From positions 1 through 60,992 of the forward strand of contig MHTL01000011.1 of NCBI GenBank assembly GCA_001823095.1: a stretch of 60,992 nt of DNA, written 5' to 3'. A model generated the notes under the pieces. That model searched no databases. It saw only the letters and a program-made list of their open reading frames with translations, and was not told the DNA's origin. A program made the position numbers and the translations under genes. Origin of the DNA: Candidatus Vogelbacteria bacterium RIFOXYD1_FULL_51_18. Its GTDB lineage: Bacteria; Patescibacteriota; Minisyncoccia; Phycocordibacterales; UBA9988. Shown in pieces: positions 36,767 through 45,572 of the stretch; position 1 is the first letter of the stretch; each line of letters begins with the position of its first letter.

Positions 36767-37476
36767 TGGACAGGATTGTTGTTGTCGCTTCTGGTTTGCC
36801 CTACAGCGGTAAATCGTGGCAGATACAGAGAATGCTTGGACTACCCGGGTTCCAGAAAGCAGTGGTGGTCCGTATGGATGATGTGCGAGTCCAACTCTAT
36901 GGCGATCGATCAGATACCCACGTTACTAAAAGTGAACATCTCTTCAAGAATGAGAAGACTCGCAATCTCATTCTGGAGCAGCTCGTCCTTGGTGCTGAAC
37001 TCGTGTTGACAGAAGCTATCTTGCTCACTGAGGAAGGTCATCAAAAACCGTTTCTCGAGATGCTCGAAAGAGCCGATAACTATGTCCAGGTAATTGAACA
37101 GGAGTATGCCAAGCGTGATAATGCTCGAACCCCAGATTCTCCGAGTATGGTCTTTGGACGGGTGATCCTCTTCCATGCAAGTCTTGCGGCGACTGAACGT
37201 CGTATTGAGCGGAGTAGCGCGGATCGACGTGAGAGCAATGCCGCAGTGTTTGATCTTCAAGGATTATACGGCGCTGTTTCCGGGCTGGAGTACCCTAAGC
37301 TCTATCAGCCTCTCGTTGTGGATACTTCTGATGAATCTGGACCTGTTCACGCTCGTCAAGTAGAGGAGATACAAGATTTTGTATTTCGTGGGCTCTTACC
37401 CAGTGATCAGAAGCAACGTTGGAATCAGATGCTCCAGCATCATGAACAGCTACGGAAAGCATTGAAAATCTCCTAA
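36763..37476 (+). CDS. P-loop kinase-like protein (AAA_33-like)
   Basis: VVASGLPYSGKS Walker A, VRMDDVR; ATGA overlap with paralogue 4. Confidence 0.75.
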   Translation: MMDRIVVVASGLPYSGKSWQIQRMLGLPGFQKAVVVRMDDVRVQLYGDRSDTHVTKSEHLFKNEKTRNLILEQLVLGAELVLTEAILLTEEGHQKPFLEMLERADNYVQVIEQEYAKRDNARTPDSPSMVFGRVILFHASLAATERRIERSSADRRESNAAVFDLQGLYGAVSGLEYPKLYQPLVVDTSDESGPVHARQVEEIQDFVFRGLLPSDQKQRWNQMLQHHEQLRKALKIS

Positions 37477-37481
37477 GTAGT

Positions 37482-37522
37482 AACCCTCACATGTTTGTTA
37501 TACAAATGTGTGAGGGTTTTTT
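37482..37522 (+). terminator. Intrinsic terminator
   Basis: AACCCTCAC/GTGAGGGTT plus T-run. Confidence 0.7.
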
Positions 37523-38465
37523 ATACGTGCTTCTTTTTACCAATAAAGAGAATATTAGAGGTGATGTGGTGATCAGCAAGGAGTTTTTTGTATTCGGCAT
37601 CTGCTGTGGTGATAAAGTGGGAGAGGGCACGCTGTGTTTTTGTAGGTGCTCCCTGTTTAAAAGGGAATACGGGAGCAGAGAGGCCAGGTACTCCTGTTGA
37701 CTGTGGCTCATCACGGAGCACCCAGTGAATGTGGTTCATCACATTGTAGTCTTGGATGTGGTGAGTTTTCCCCCGCACGCCACATTTTTTCATGAGTGAC
37801 TCAAGACTCTTTTGTGTGAAGTACCAGAGGTGAGCGCGGTGGTAAAAAAACTTCCAATGATGAGGGAGATCGTACACATGCGCGAGAACATCGTAGAGGT
37901 TGGGGACTTCAATGGCAATAACACCGCCGGGAGCAAGGTACTCTGTGAGCTCGGTAATAAACGCCTCTGGATCGCGCACATGCTCTAATGTTTGGAAGGC
38001 AACGATACTATCAAATGAGTGTTTTGTGAGCGGAGTTTTACTAATCTCTGTGGTGTATACCGTACAGCCGCACTTTTTTGCCGCGTAGTGAGCCGATGAC
38101 TCATCGTAGTCTATACCCACAACTTCCTTTACATGTTTTTTCGCATGGAAGAGGAACATTCCCGCAGAACACCCCACTTCAAGGAGACGTTTTTTTTTAC
38201 TAAAGTAGGGTTTGAGGAGACGGAGTCTATCGCTTTGGAACTTTGAGTAGATGTTAAAAAGCCGCTCTGGCTCTGCGTAGCTGGTGAGGGTGCGCTTTTT
38301 CCTATACTCCTGTGCATAGAATTTTTTTAATTCTTGTTCTGTATCCTTACCATTGAGTATCCCGAGTTCACACACTGGACAAAAGTGAACATCTCCCTTA
38401 CTCCCATCACGCAAAACGCGGGTGAGTATGTGGGTACGAGATTTTTTACAGAGTGGACAGACCAT
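37521..38465 (-). CDS. Class I SAM-dependent methyltransferase with N-terminal Zn ribbon
   Basis: CPLC...CPVC, LLEVGCSAG, FQTLEHV. Confidence 0.92.
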   Translation of the reverse strand: MVCPLCKKSRTHILTRVLRDGSKGDVHFCPVCELGILNGKDTEQELKKFYAQEYRKKRTLTSYAEPERLFNIYSKFQSDRLRLLKPYFSKKKRLLEVGCSAGMFLFHAKKHVKEVVGIDYDESSAHYAAKKCGCTVYTTEISKTPLTKHSFDSIVAFQTLEHVRDPEAFITELTEYLAPGGVIAIEVPNLYDVLAHVYDLPHHWKFFYHRAHLWYFTQKSLESLMKKCGVRGKTHHIQDYNVMNHIHWVLRDEPQSTGVPGLSAPVFPFKQGAPTKTQRALSHFITTADAEYKKLLADHHITSNILFIGKKKHV

Positions 38466-38468
38466 AGC

Positions 38469-39407
38469 TTATGAAAGTTTTGGCCAGTGGGCGGGGTCTA
38501 TTTGTGCGATGTCGGTAACAGCACACGCTTCTAGTTTTGCGATAACCTCTCCCGAAAGAGGACCCGCTCCCAGCGCAGTAAGAGCCTTTTGTACATTTTC
38601 TATCTTATTTGTCCCAACGAGCGAACATGCAATGAGGGGGTTACTAATAGCAAAACGGATGGCAAGTGTGGGGAGGTCCATCCCGAGCGACACGGCAAGT
38701 TCCTCTACAGTGTCGGCAGCAGCGCGCAGTGGTTCAAGGCCTACCGGTAGTTTGGCACGAAGGGGAGTGAGAGACCCCTTTAAGAGAACTGAGCGGTTTA
38801 CGATACCAACCCCTCTCTTTTGAGCCAGCGGGAGCACCTCTTTAGCCATACGCTGATCCAGTATACTGTAGGCCACCTGTACCACATCAACCCCATTTAC
38901 ACTGACTGCTGCCAGTGCTGGTTCCTCACCACGAACAGAAATACCAATGAACTTGATAAGACCCTCCTGTTTTAATTTTTGAAGAATTTGTAATAGCACT
39001 CCCCCCTCAATTTGTTCTCGACTTGGTCCATGGAGCATAAGTATGGAGAGTGTGGGTACTCGCATCTTCTCCAAACTATCGTTTACTTGAGCTCGGATTT
39101 TTTCTTCAAGCTCTACTGGAGAGAAGTACTCTCCCTTCTCTAAAAATTGAGCGCACTTTGTTTCTACAACAACATTAGGATTATTGAGGACACCCGACTT
39201 TCCGAGGCGTACTTCTGATTCTCCATAGTAGTTTGCTGTATCAAAAAAAGTGATACCAAGCTCCGTAACTTTTTGCAGAAAAGAGATGGCCTCTGCTTCT
39301 GTGGGGAGTGGGCGGTCTCCAATACCATAACTAAAACCAATCTCTGCTGTCCCGAGCCCGAGTCGTGAGACAGAGAGACCTGTTTTACCTAAAGGATTAG
39401 TAGTCAT
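38469..39407 (-). CDS. Aldo/keto reductase
   Basis: LGKTGLSVSRLGLG, FDTANYYG, VETK, LMLH, IGIS. Confidence 0.93.
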   Translation of the reverse strand: MTTNPLGKTGLSVSRLGLGTAEIGFSYGIGDRPLPTEAEAISFLQKVTELGITFFDTANYYGESEVRLGKSGVLNNPNVVVETKCAQFLEKGEYFSPVELEEKIRAQVNDSLEKMRVPTLSILMLHGPSREQIEGGVLLQILQKLKQEGLIKFIGISVRGEEPALAAVSVNGVDVVQVAYSILDQRMAKEVLPLAQKRGVGIVNRSVLLKGSLTPLRAKLPVGLEPLRAAADTVEELAVSLGMDLPTLAIRFAISNPLIACSLVGTNKIENVQKALTALGAGPLSGEVIAKLEACAVTDIAQIDPAHWPKLS

Positions 39408-39483
39408 GGAAGTACTATAGCGTTTGCTTATAAAAAAACAACTATTGCGTCACCTCAGAAGTAAAGATATGATAGCAGTTATT

Positions 39484-40287
39484 ATGTTAACTCTGGTCAA
39501 GAAAGCTTTCTCCTGGGTTGATAATTATCTGTGCCGCAGCCGTTTTATTCAACGAGTGGTCTTATATCAATACAGGAGGGCGCCGCTTCCACTTGCGGTG
39601 TTTGATTATCTTTTTCGTTCGGCATTACGGCGCAGGCTCTTTAATTTCTACGCTTTCCACATTTTCCATGATTCGTATACAAAAAGAGATGGAGACCAAT
39701 TAGGATATTGGTTAAGTAAAGAGTCATTATACTGGCATTTTTGGCGTCAGACAGATATTGATCAGACAGCGCTCGATGAGGTGGTTTCTCTAGCGCCAGT
39801 CCATCAGAGTTTGCATAACAAGGAGTTGATCGCAGTAGAAATCGGATTTGGCATAGGAAAGGGCTATGCCTCTCGATTAAAAGATAATACACTGAAAAAA
39901 TATATTGCAGTTGAACCAAATGCATATCTCTGTACCCATATGCAAAAAAAGTTTAAGTCAGAACAAAATTTTGAGGTCGTCTGTGCTACCGCAGATGAGT
40001 TTATAGCTCAAGATCGGGGGGGGGTTGATATTCTTTTGTGCGCCAATGGTGTTTTTATGTACATGGATCCTGATTCTGTAGATGCTTTTTTTCAGTCTCT
40101 ATGTGCCAAAGGTGTCCAGTTTATACTTATTTTAAATGAGGGCACACCTTCTGCCGATATCCATCGCGAGGATGGGACTGTTATGTACAATTTTAAAGAG
40201 CGGCTCCTTGCCTCTGGGTATGCAGATAAGCACTTTATTGAGAAACGGCGCCCCGATGGCCTCTACCGTTACTTTTTAATGTACTGA
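39484..40287 (+). CDS. Class I SAM-dependent methyltransferase
   Basis: VEIGFGIG, AVEPN, GVFMY; start uncertain (39424-39484). Confidence 0.75.
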   Translation: MLTLVKKAFSWVDNYLCRSRFIQRVVLYQYRRAPLPLAVFDYLFRSALRRRLFNFYAFHIFHDSYTKRDGDQLGYWLSKESLYWHFWRQTDIDQTALDEVVSLAPVHQSLHNKELIAVEIGFGIGKGYASRLKDNTLKKYIAVEPNAYLCTHMQKKFKSEQNFEVVCATADEFIAQDRGGVDILLCANGVFMYMDPDSVDAFFQSLCAKGVQFILILNEGTPSADIHREDGTVMYNFKERLLASGYADKHFIEKRRPDGLYRYFLMY

Positions 40288-40317
40288 TACAAAATATAGT
40301 GGAGGTAAAATCAACAT

Positions 40318-41247
40318 TCATAAAAACAACCCCCGCAAACTCTTTTTAACAAACTCTAAGGTTCTTTGATCCCAGAAGGTAAAGGCAATGCAATAGAGCA
40401 CAATGCCGGTGATTTTGTATACGTCAATACTTTCACTAAACAGAAGCGCTCCCGCAATCATCACGGTTGAGAGGTGGATACCGTTCATAACGAGTTTTTT
40501 TAGTGCGATCGTCGCACCGCTCCGATAGCTCATCACGTTAAATATCCACAAACCAACATTGATAACCCCAATGAGGAGAGAGAAGCCGATAAAATATGTG
40601 GTGAGACTCTCTGTTTTTAAAAGAGTGGGATTGATGAGATACAGAAGGGGGAGTGTTGCTATTCCAGCAATGAATTGCGTGCCTCCACCCCAAAAGTTCT
40701 TTACCATAGGGTCTATATCTTGGATGAACTGTGTTACACCCTGATTGATTGCAATGCCCAGCATCATTATAAATGAGAGCCATACCCATAGGGGGAAGTT
40801 CATGACCTCACTAATAGATGGCGCTCCAAGCACCGCATATCCAGCAAGGACGGCGATTGCTACCGCAATCCATTGACGACTCTTCAAGTGATGGTGAAAG
40901 AATATGCTGTCAATGATACCGCCAGGGATGATCGCAAGAGTGGTAATGAGAGTATTCACCCCCACATCCCCGCCATATGTAAATGTCAGGAAGCCAAGCA
41001 CGATGACGCAGTATCCGACTAGCCCGAACGCACAAGCTCCGATAATTTCCCTTCGTGATACGAGCAGGGACTTGCCACACTGTATAGTAACAGCCAATCC
41101 GAGTACTGCCTGAACTACTCCCACAATCATAGACGCAAGCACTGCATCAACAAACTTAACGCTCACGATGCCCGTGAGCTTGAGTAGAACTTTCGTTACT
41201 GTCCTCGTGAGAGCCTCAGCGATGGTCCATCCTATCCATAACTTCAT
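40318..41247 (-). CDS. EamA/DMT-family transporter-like membrane protein
   Basis: About 10 TM helices in two repeats; AAGGAG SD. Confidence 0.75.
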   Translation of the reverse strand: MKLWIGWTIAEALTRTVTKVLLKLTGIVSVKFVDAVLASMIVGVVQAVLGLAVTIQCGKSLLVSRREIIGACAFGLVGYCVIVLGFLTFTYGGDVGVNTLITTLAIIPGGIIDSIFFHHHLKSRQWIAVAIAVLAGYAVLGAPSISEVMNFPLWVWLSFIMMLGIAINQGVTQFIQDIDPMVKNFWGGGTQFIAGIATLPLLYLINPTLLKTESLTTYFIGFSLLIGVINVGLWIFNVMSYRSGATIALKKLVMNGIHLSTVMIAGALLFSESIDVYKITGIVLYCIAFTFWDQRTLEFVKKSLRGLFL

Positions 41248-41367
41248 TTCGGTTTCTCCTTAGTCATTATAATGTTCCATCTACATAAAACATAACATAA
41301 GAAGTAAAGAACACAAGGATTGTTCCAATTGGTATTTTTTGATGTATTAGTGCTATAGTAGAGTCCT

Positions 41368-42615
41368 ATGGCAATAAAAACTAAACACAGGGAGATTAAA
41401 GATGGTTTTTCCATAGACAGTACATTATTTGATGCATTGGCAAAAATGGAGCCGAAGGCAACACATCAATTTATTCCTCTGACATGGAAGAAGGCGGTAG
41501 ACTTTTCTGTATGGGATGAACATGGTAATAAGTGGATAGATCTTACCTCTGCGATTTTTGTTGCTAATGCTGGTCATGCAAATTCAAAAATAAAACAGGC
41601 AATTAAAGATCAGGTAGATGCCGATTTACTTTTTGCGTACAACTATCCAACAGAGATTAAGTATAAATTTATTTCTAAACTCCTTGAGATTTCCCCAAAA
41701 CATTTTAACCGTGTTACTCTCCTCAATTCCGGATCGGAAGCGATGGATATTACTTATCGCCTCGTGAAGCAGTATGGGAAGGCCCGCAATAAAAAATATA
41801 TAGTCACGTTTACTGGCGCATACCATGGACGAGGATTGAGCAATGAGCTCATTTCAGGCAATAAAGAGAAGGCAAGCTCCTGGTCTGGTATTAGTGACTC
41901 TGATATCGTATTTTTAAATTTTCCCTATGACGAGAAAAGCGCTTTTGATGTCTCCCAATTACCACCAGCTGACCAGATTGCGGGATTTATCTTAGAGACC
42001 TTTCAGGGCTGGGGTGCGTGGTTCTATCCTAAAGGTTTTGTCAACGAGATCTACGCTCTCGCTCAAAAACACGGAGCACTTCTGTGTTTTGATGAAATGC
42101 AGGCAGGATTCTATCGTCTTGGTCCTCTCTACGGTTACATGACTTACGGAGAAGAAATTAAGCCAGATATTATTGCTCTCGGTAAGGGGATCTCCTCTTC
42201 ACTTCCACTCTCTGCGGTTCTCTCTCGAGAGGATCTAGTTGATTTAGATCCAAAAGCTGATCTCCACGGGACTCACTCGGGGAACGCTGTGTGTTGTGCC
42301 GCTTCGCTCGCTAATATAGAATTTTTGAGCAGTGCAGAAGAGGTGCAAAAACGCACAAAAACAAACGCTGTTTTTACTTCTGAACTCCAAAATCTTGCAT
42401 CTTCTCCACTCATTAAACAGGTCAACGTGCGAGGAATGATTGCGGCGCTCATCTTTCATAAAACGGAGGAGGCTTCGCGTGTGGTGCGTGGGTGTATAGA
42501 GAGTGGTGTGCTCCCTGTGTGTACGAATCGTGAGTCAATCAAAATTGCCCCACCGCTTACCATTACCGAGGATGCTATCCGCGAGTGTATGGGAGTAATT
42601 AAAAGTTTTCTTTAA
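41368..42615 (+). CDS. Class III PLP-dependent aminotransferase
   Basis: WIDLTS, NSGSEA, YHG, FDEMQAGF, PDIIALGKGI, GTHSGN. Confidence 0.95.
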   Translation: MAIKTKHREIKDGFSIDSTLFDALAKMEPKATHQFIPLTWKKAVDFSVWDEHGNKWIDLTSAIFVANAGHANSKIKQAIKDQVDADLLFAYNYPTEIKYKFISKLLEISPKHFNRVTLLNSGSEAMDITYRLVKQYGKARNKKYIVTFTGAYHGRGLSNELISGNKEKASSWSGISDSDIVFLNFPYDEKSAFDVSQLPPADQIAGFILETFQGWGAWFYPKGFVNEIYALAQKHGALLCFDEMQAGFYRLGPLYGYMTYGEEIKPDIIALGKGISSSLPLSAVLSREDLVDLDPKADLHGTHSGNAVCCAASLANIEFLSSAEEVQKRTKTNAVFTSELQNLASSPLIKQVNVRGMIAALIFHKTEEASRVVRGCIESGVLPVCTNRESIKIAPPLTITEDAIRECMGVIKSFL

Positions 42616-43342
42616 GGTACTTATAAATCTCCCACGGCTCTTTCTCTAGAGTGTACTCAATAAATTTGAAGTCTTCTAGCCGGTCTACCTCGCCGGTGTC
42701 GGGGCTTGCGTAAGCGAGTATACGTGGGCCGTGTATGCTCTCATTATTTTTAATCCATTCCGTTACTATTACATCTACATAGCCATCGGGTTGGTACACG
42801 GGAGGGAAGGATTGGCGGGGGAGGTCATAGTATTCGGGACGTGGATCGCTAGGGAAGAGCCCGACAAAGAATCCGTCTTTCATACCAAAGAGCTTGTAAG
42901 GAGACTCACGTATCTCATGCCCGGAGCGCATTGACGTTGCTTCCTTATTATTTTTAATGAGCTCCACTGCTTCATCAATATGTTTTGGGTCACGTAGGGG
43001 AGTGGTGGGGCGGAGATTGACGAAGTGGCTCGGGTACCCACCCTCATTCTTTTCAAACCACTCAAGCGCGTGGAGGAGATAGTGAGCATCAGGAGACTTA
43101 TCGCTTGCAAATTCAGAGGGTCGGAGGAAGGGGACCTCTGCTCCAAATTTTTTTGCTACTTCAGCAATCTCTTCACTATCGGTACTTACAATCACGCGCT
43201 CAACACTTTTGGCAAGCTGTGCCGCCACAATGGAGTAGGCAACGAGTGGGAAGCCACCGAGGAGGTGGATATTCTTTTTTGGTACTCCTTTTGACCCTCC
43301 GCGTGCGGGGATGATTGCCACTATGTTCTTATTTGAATTCAT
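42599..43342 (-). CDS. neuA: Acylneuraminate cytidylyltransferase (CMP-NulO synthetase)
   Basis: IIPARGGSKGVPKKN, VSTDSEEI, FLRP, LRPTTPLR, EVDRLEDF. Confidence 0.92.
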   Translation of the reverse strand: MNSNKNIVAIIPARGGSKGVPKKNIHLLGGFPLVAYSIVAAQLAKSVERVIVSTDSEEIAEVAKKFGAEVPFLRPSEFASDKSPDAHYLLHALEWFEKNEGGYPSHFVNLRPTTPLRDPKHIDEAVELIKNNKEATSMRSGHEIRESPYKLFGMKDGFFVGLFPSDPRPEYYDLPRQSFPPVYQPDGYVDVIVTEWIKNNESIHGPRILAYASPDTGEVDRLEDFKFIEYTLEKEPWEIYKYLKENF

Positions 43343-43457
43343 GTAGCGCTTATTGTATCTCACAATGCCTACCCAACTCAAGCAATTGACAAACCTTTGT
43401 TTATATAGTAGTGTTGGAAACGGAAAAATCATTGAAAAAATAAAGAAAGGAGAACCC

Positions 43458-44390
43458 ATGAACTCAACAGCGTTGATGTTGGTACTGGGTTTTTGCGTAA
43501 CTGAAGCTCTCTACAATGTCTGTATTACTCAGGTGACGAAACAAAAACCCCAGTTAAAAAAGAGGATCATGACGCTTGCTGGCTTGGTTGGCCTCGTCGC
43601 GACAGTATTACTGTTTCTTGTTGCTTTTATAACTGGTGGCATGGAAGTGACCGAAGGTTGGTGGAAGCCGGTACTTATCACTGGGGTTCTGGCTGGAGGA
43701 GTACTATTCGCCGAGTTTAAAGCGTTTTCTCTTGAAGATGCTTCACTTGTAGCGCCAATCTCCTCGACTACGCCAGCGCTTGTTATTGTGACAAGCTTCA
43801 TTATCCTTGGTGAATATCCCAGTTCAGCTGGATGGGTTGGTATTCAGTTTATTGTTCTGGGTACCTATCTTCTCAACATACAAACCCACCTTAGACGATG
43901 CCGGGAAGCCGGCACGCGGATAACTTGGAAAGATTGGTTAGCTCCATTCATTATGTTGGCCAAAAGCAAGGGAGTTCGTTACGCCTACCTTTGTGTCCTG
44001 TTTGCGATCTTCAGTCTCAACTATGAGGCATTAGCGGTACGCAAAGCAAATGTCGCCTTTGCTTCGGCTTGCATCTTCGGCATTGCATCTCTTCTTAATC
44101 TTGCTGTTGCTTCGTATGTGGAAGGGAAAATTACTACTCGCGAGGTGATATTTCTAAGACAGCCTCTCGTGTTAGTAATCGCAACCTGTCTTTTTCTTGG
44201 GATCTTTCTGTCTAATTCAGCGTTTCGTTATGACATTGTTCCTTATGTGGGCACACTTAAAAGACTACAAATCCCACTGACTATCCTTTTCGCGTGGTAT
44301 TTCCTCGGAGAGCGAGAGAATTTTAAAGGACGATTGTTTGGAGGATCTCTCATGGCGGTAGGCGCGATTTTCATTGCTCTTGGTGGATGA
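43458..44390 (+). CDS. EamA/DMT-family transporter
   Basis: DASLVAPI...P...ILGE; YVGTLKRL...FLGER; AAGGAG SD. Confidence 0.85.
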   Translation: MNSTALMLVLGFCVTEALYNVCITQVTKQKPQLKKRIMTLAGLVGLVATVLLFLVAFITGGMEVTEGWWKPVLITGVLAGGVLFAEFKAFSLEDASLVAPISSTTPALVIVTSFIILGEYPSSAGWVGIQFIVLGTYLLNIQTHLRRCREAGTRITWKDWLAPFIMLAKSKGVRYAYLCVLFAIFSLNYEALAVRKANVAFASACIFGIASLLNLAVASYVEGKITTREVIFLRQPLVLVIATCLFLGIFLSNSAFRYDIVPYVGTLKRLQIPLTILFAWYFLGERENFKGRLFGGSLMAVGAIFIALGG

Positions 44391-44419
44391 TAATTTACTT
44401 ATTCCCATCTGAGTATGGT

Positions 44420-44452
44420 AAAAGCGACAACTCTACAGTTGTCGCTTTTTTT
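44420..44452. terminator. Bidirectional terminator
   Basis: AAAAGCGACAAC/GTTGTCGCTTTT. Confidence 0.8.
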
Positions 44453-44462
44453 GTATAAAAAA

Positions 44463-44487
44463 CCGGTGGATCCACTGGATCCACCGG
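44463..44487. repeat. 25-bp palindrome with 1-nt centre
   Basis: CCGGTGGATCCA-C-TGGATCCACCGG. Confidence 0.75.
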
Positions 44488-44493
44488 CAAATA

Positions 44494-45492
44494 TCACACG
44501 ACAGAAAGAGTGCGACGCACACGCCGTAATTTTTCAATTATAGCTTGCTCGTCCGGATAAATACTGATCTCACCATTTCCCTGTGCTATATAGAGTTCTC
44601 TAACTGCCCGACACAAGCGTATCAGGTCTCCTGGCTCGGAAGAGAGCGCTTGATCAGATCCAAACATGCCCCGCTCTTGCGTGATATGTTTCTCAATCAT
44701 ACATGCTCCCATGGCAGCTGCGGCGAAGGTGGGCATAATTCCCGTATCATGGCTGGAGAAGCCGATGGGCACCCCAAACTCATTACGGAGACGGGCCATA
44801 CCTTTTAGATTGACACAGCGGAGCACCTCTTCCGGCGTCCCGGTGCCTGTTGGGTAGATACTGGTGCAATGGAGAATAACGAGATTCTCTGTTCCGAGTA
44901 CCTCCACAACAGCGCGGACCCCGTCCATGTCGGTCATGCCGGTAGAGAGGATGAGCGGTTTGCCGGTTGCCCGTAGGCGGAGCATCAGTTCGTCATCCTC
45001 GTTGCAGGGTGACGCGATTTTGTGGGCGGGCGGATTGAATTGTTCAATAAAATCCACCGACTCGCAGTCCCAACATGAGGCAAACCATGCAATCCGCTTC
45101 TCTTTGCAATACGCATCAATCTCGGCATACTCGTCTTCAGTGAACTCAAGTGCGTACTTGAGATCACCGTTGCGGGTATCGGTAAAATCCGATTGCATCA
45201 GCCGTTGCACAGATTCTGGAGGGAGTACGCCTCGCTTTATCGCGTTCTCCAAAACATGTTTTCCTTTTCGCATCTCTCGCGGGCGACCCAGCTCTTGTTG
45301 GTTGTATACCACAGAGATGGTGCGTTTTTGGAATTTAACCGCATCGCATCCAGCAAAGGCCGCTACATCAATGAGCCTCTTTGCCATGGCCAGATCCCCA
45401 TTATGGTTGATGCCGATTTCCGCGACGATGTACGCGTCTTCTCCCGGGCCGACGAGGCGATTGCCAATGGCGACCGCGCCTTGTATAGACAT
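44494..45492 (-). CDS. neuB: N-acetylneuraminate synthase family (no C-terminal SAF domain)
   Basis: AEIGINHNG, DAVKFQ, KIAS, LSTGM, HCTSIYP, GFSSHD, IEKHIT, DQ; ends just after KLRR. Confidence 0.93.
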   Translation of the reverse strand: MSIQGAVAIGNRLVGPGEDAYIVAEIGINHNGDLAMAKRLIDVAAFAGCDAVKFQKRTISVVYNQQELGRPREMRKGKHVLENAIKRGVLPPESVQRLMQSDFTDTRNGDLKYALEFTEDEYAEIDAYCKEKRIAWFASCWDCESVDFIEQFNPPAHKIASPCNEDDELMLRLRATGKPLILSTGMTDMDGVRAVVEVLGTENLVILHCTSIYPTGTGTPEEVLRCVNLKGMARLRNEFGVPIGFSSHDTGIMPTFAAAAMGACMIEKHITQERGMFGSDQALSSEPGDLIRLCRAVRELYIAQGNGEISIYPDEQAIIEKLRRVRRTLSVV

Positions 45493-45572
45493 GGAGAGAC
45501 TCCTTTCTGAAGGTTTTTACTTGGCAAGGAACATGCTTTTGCCTTCCGCGATAGTACTACTAGGAAAAATAA

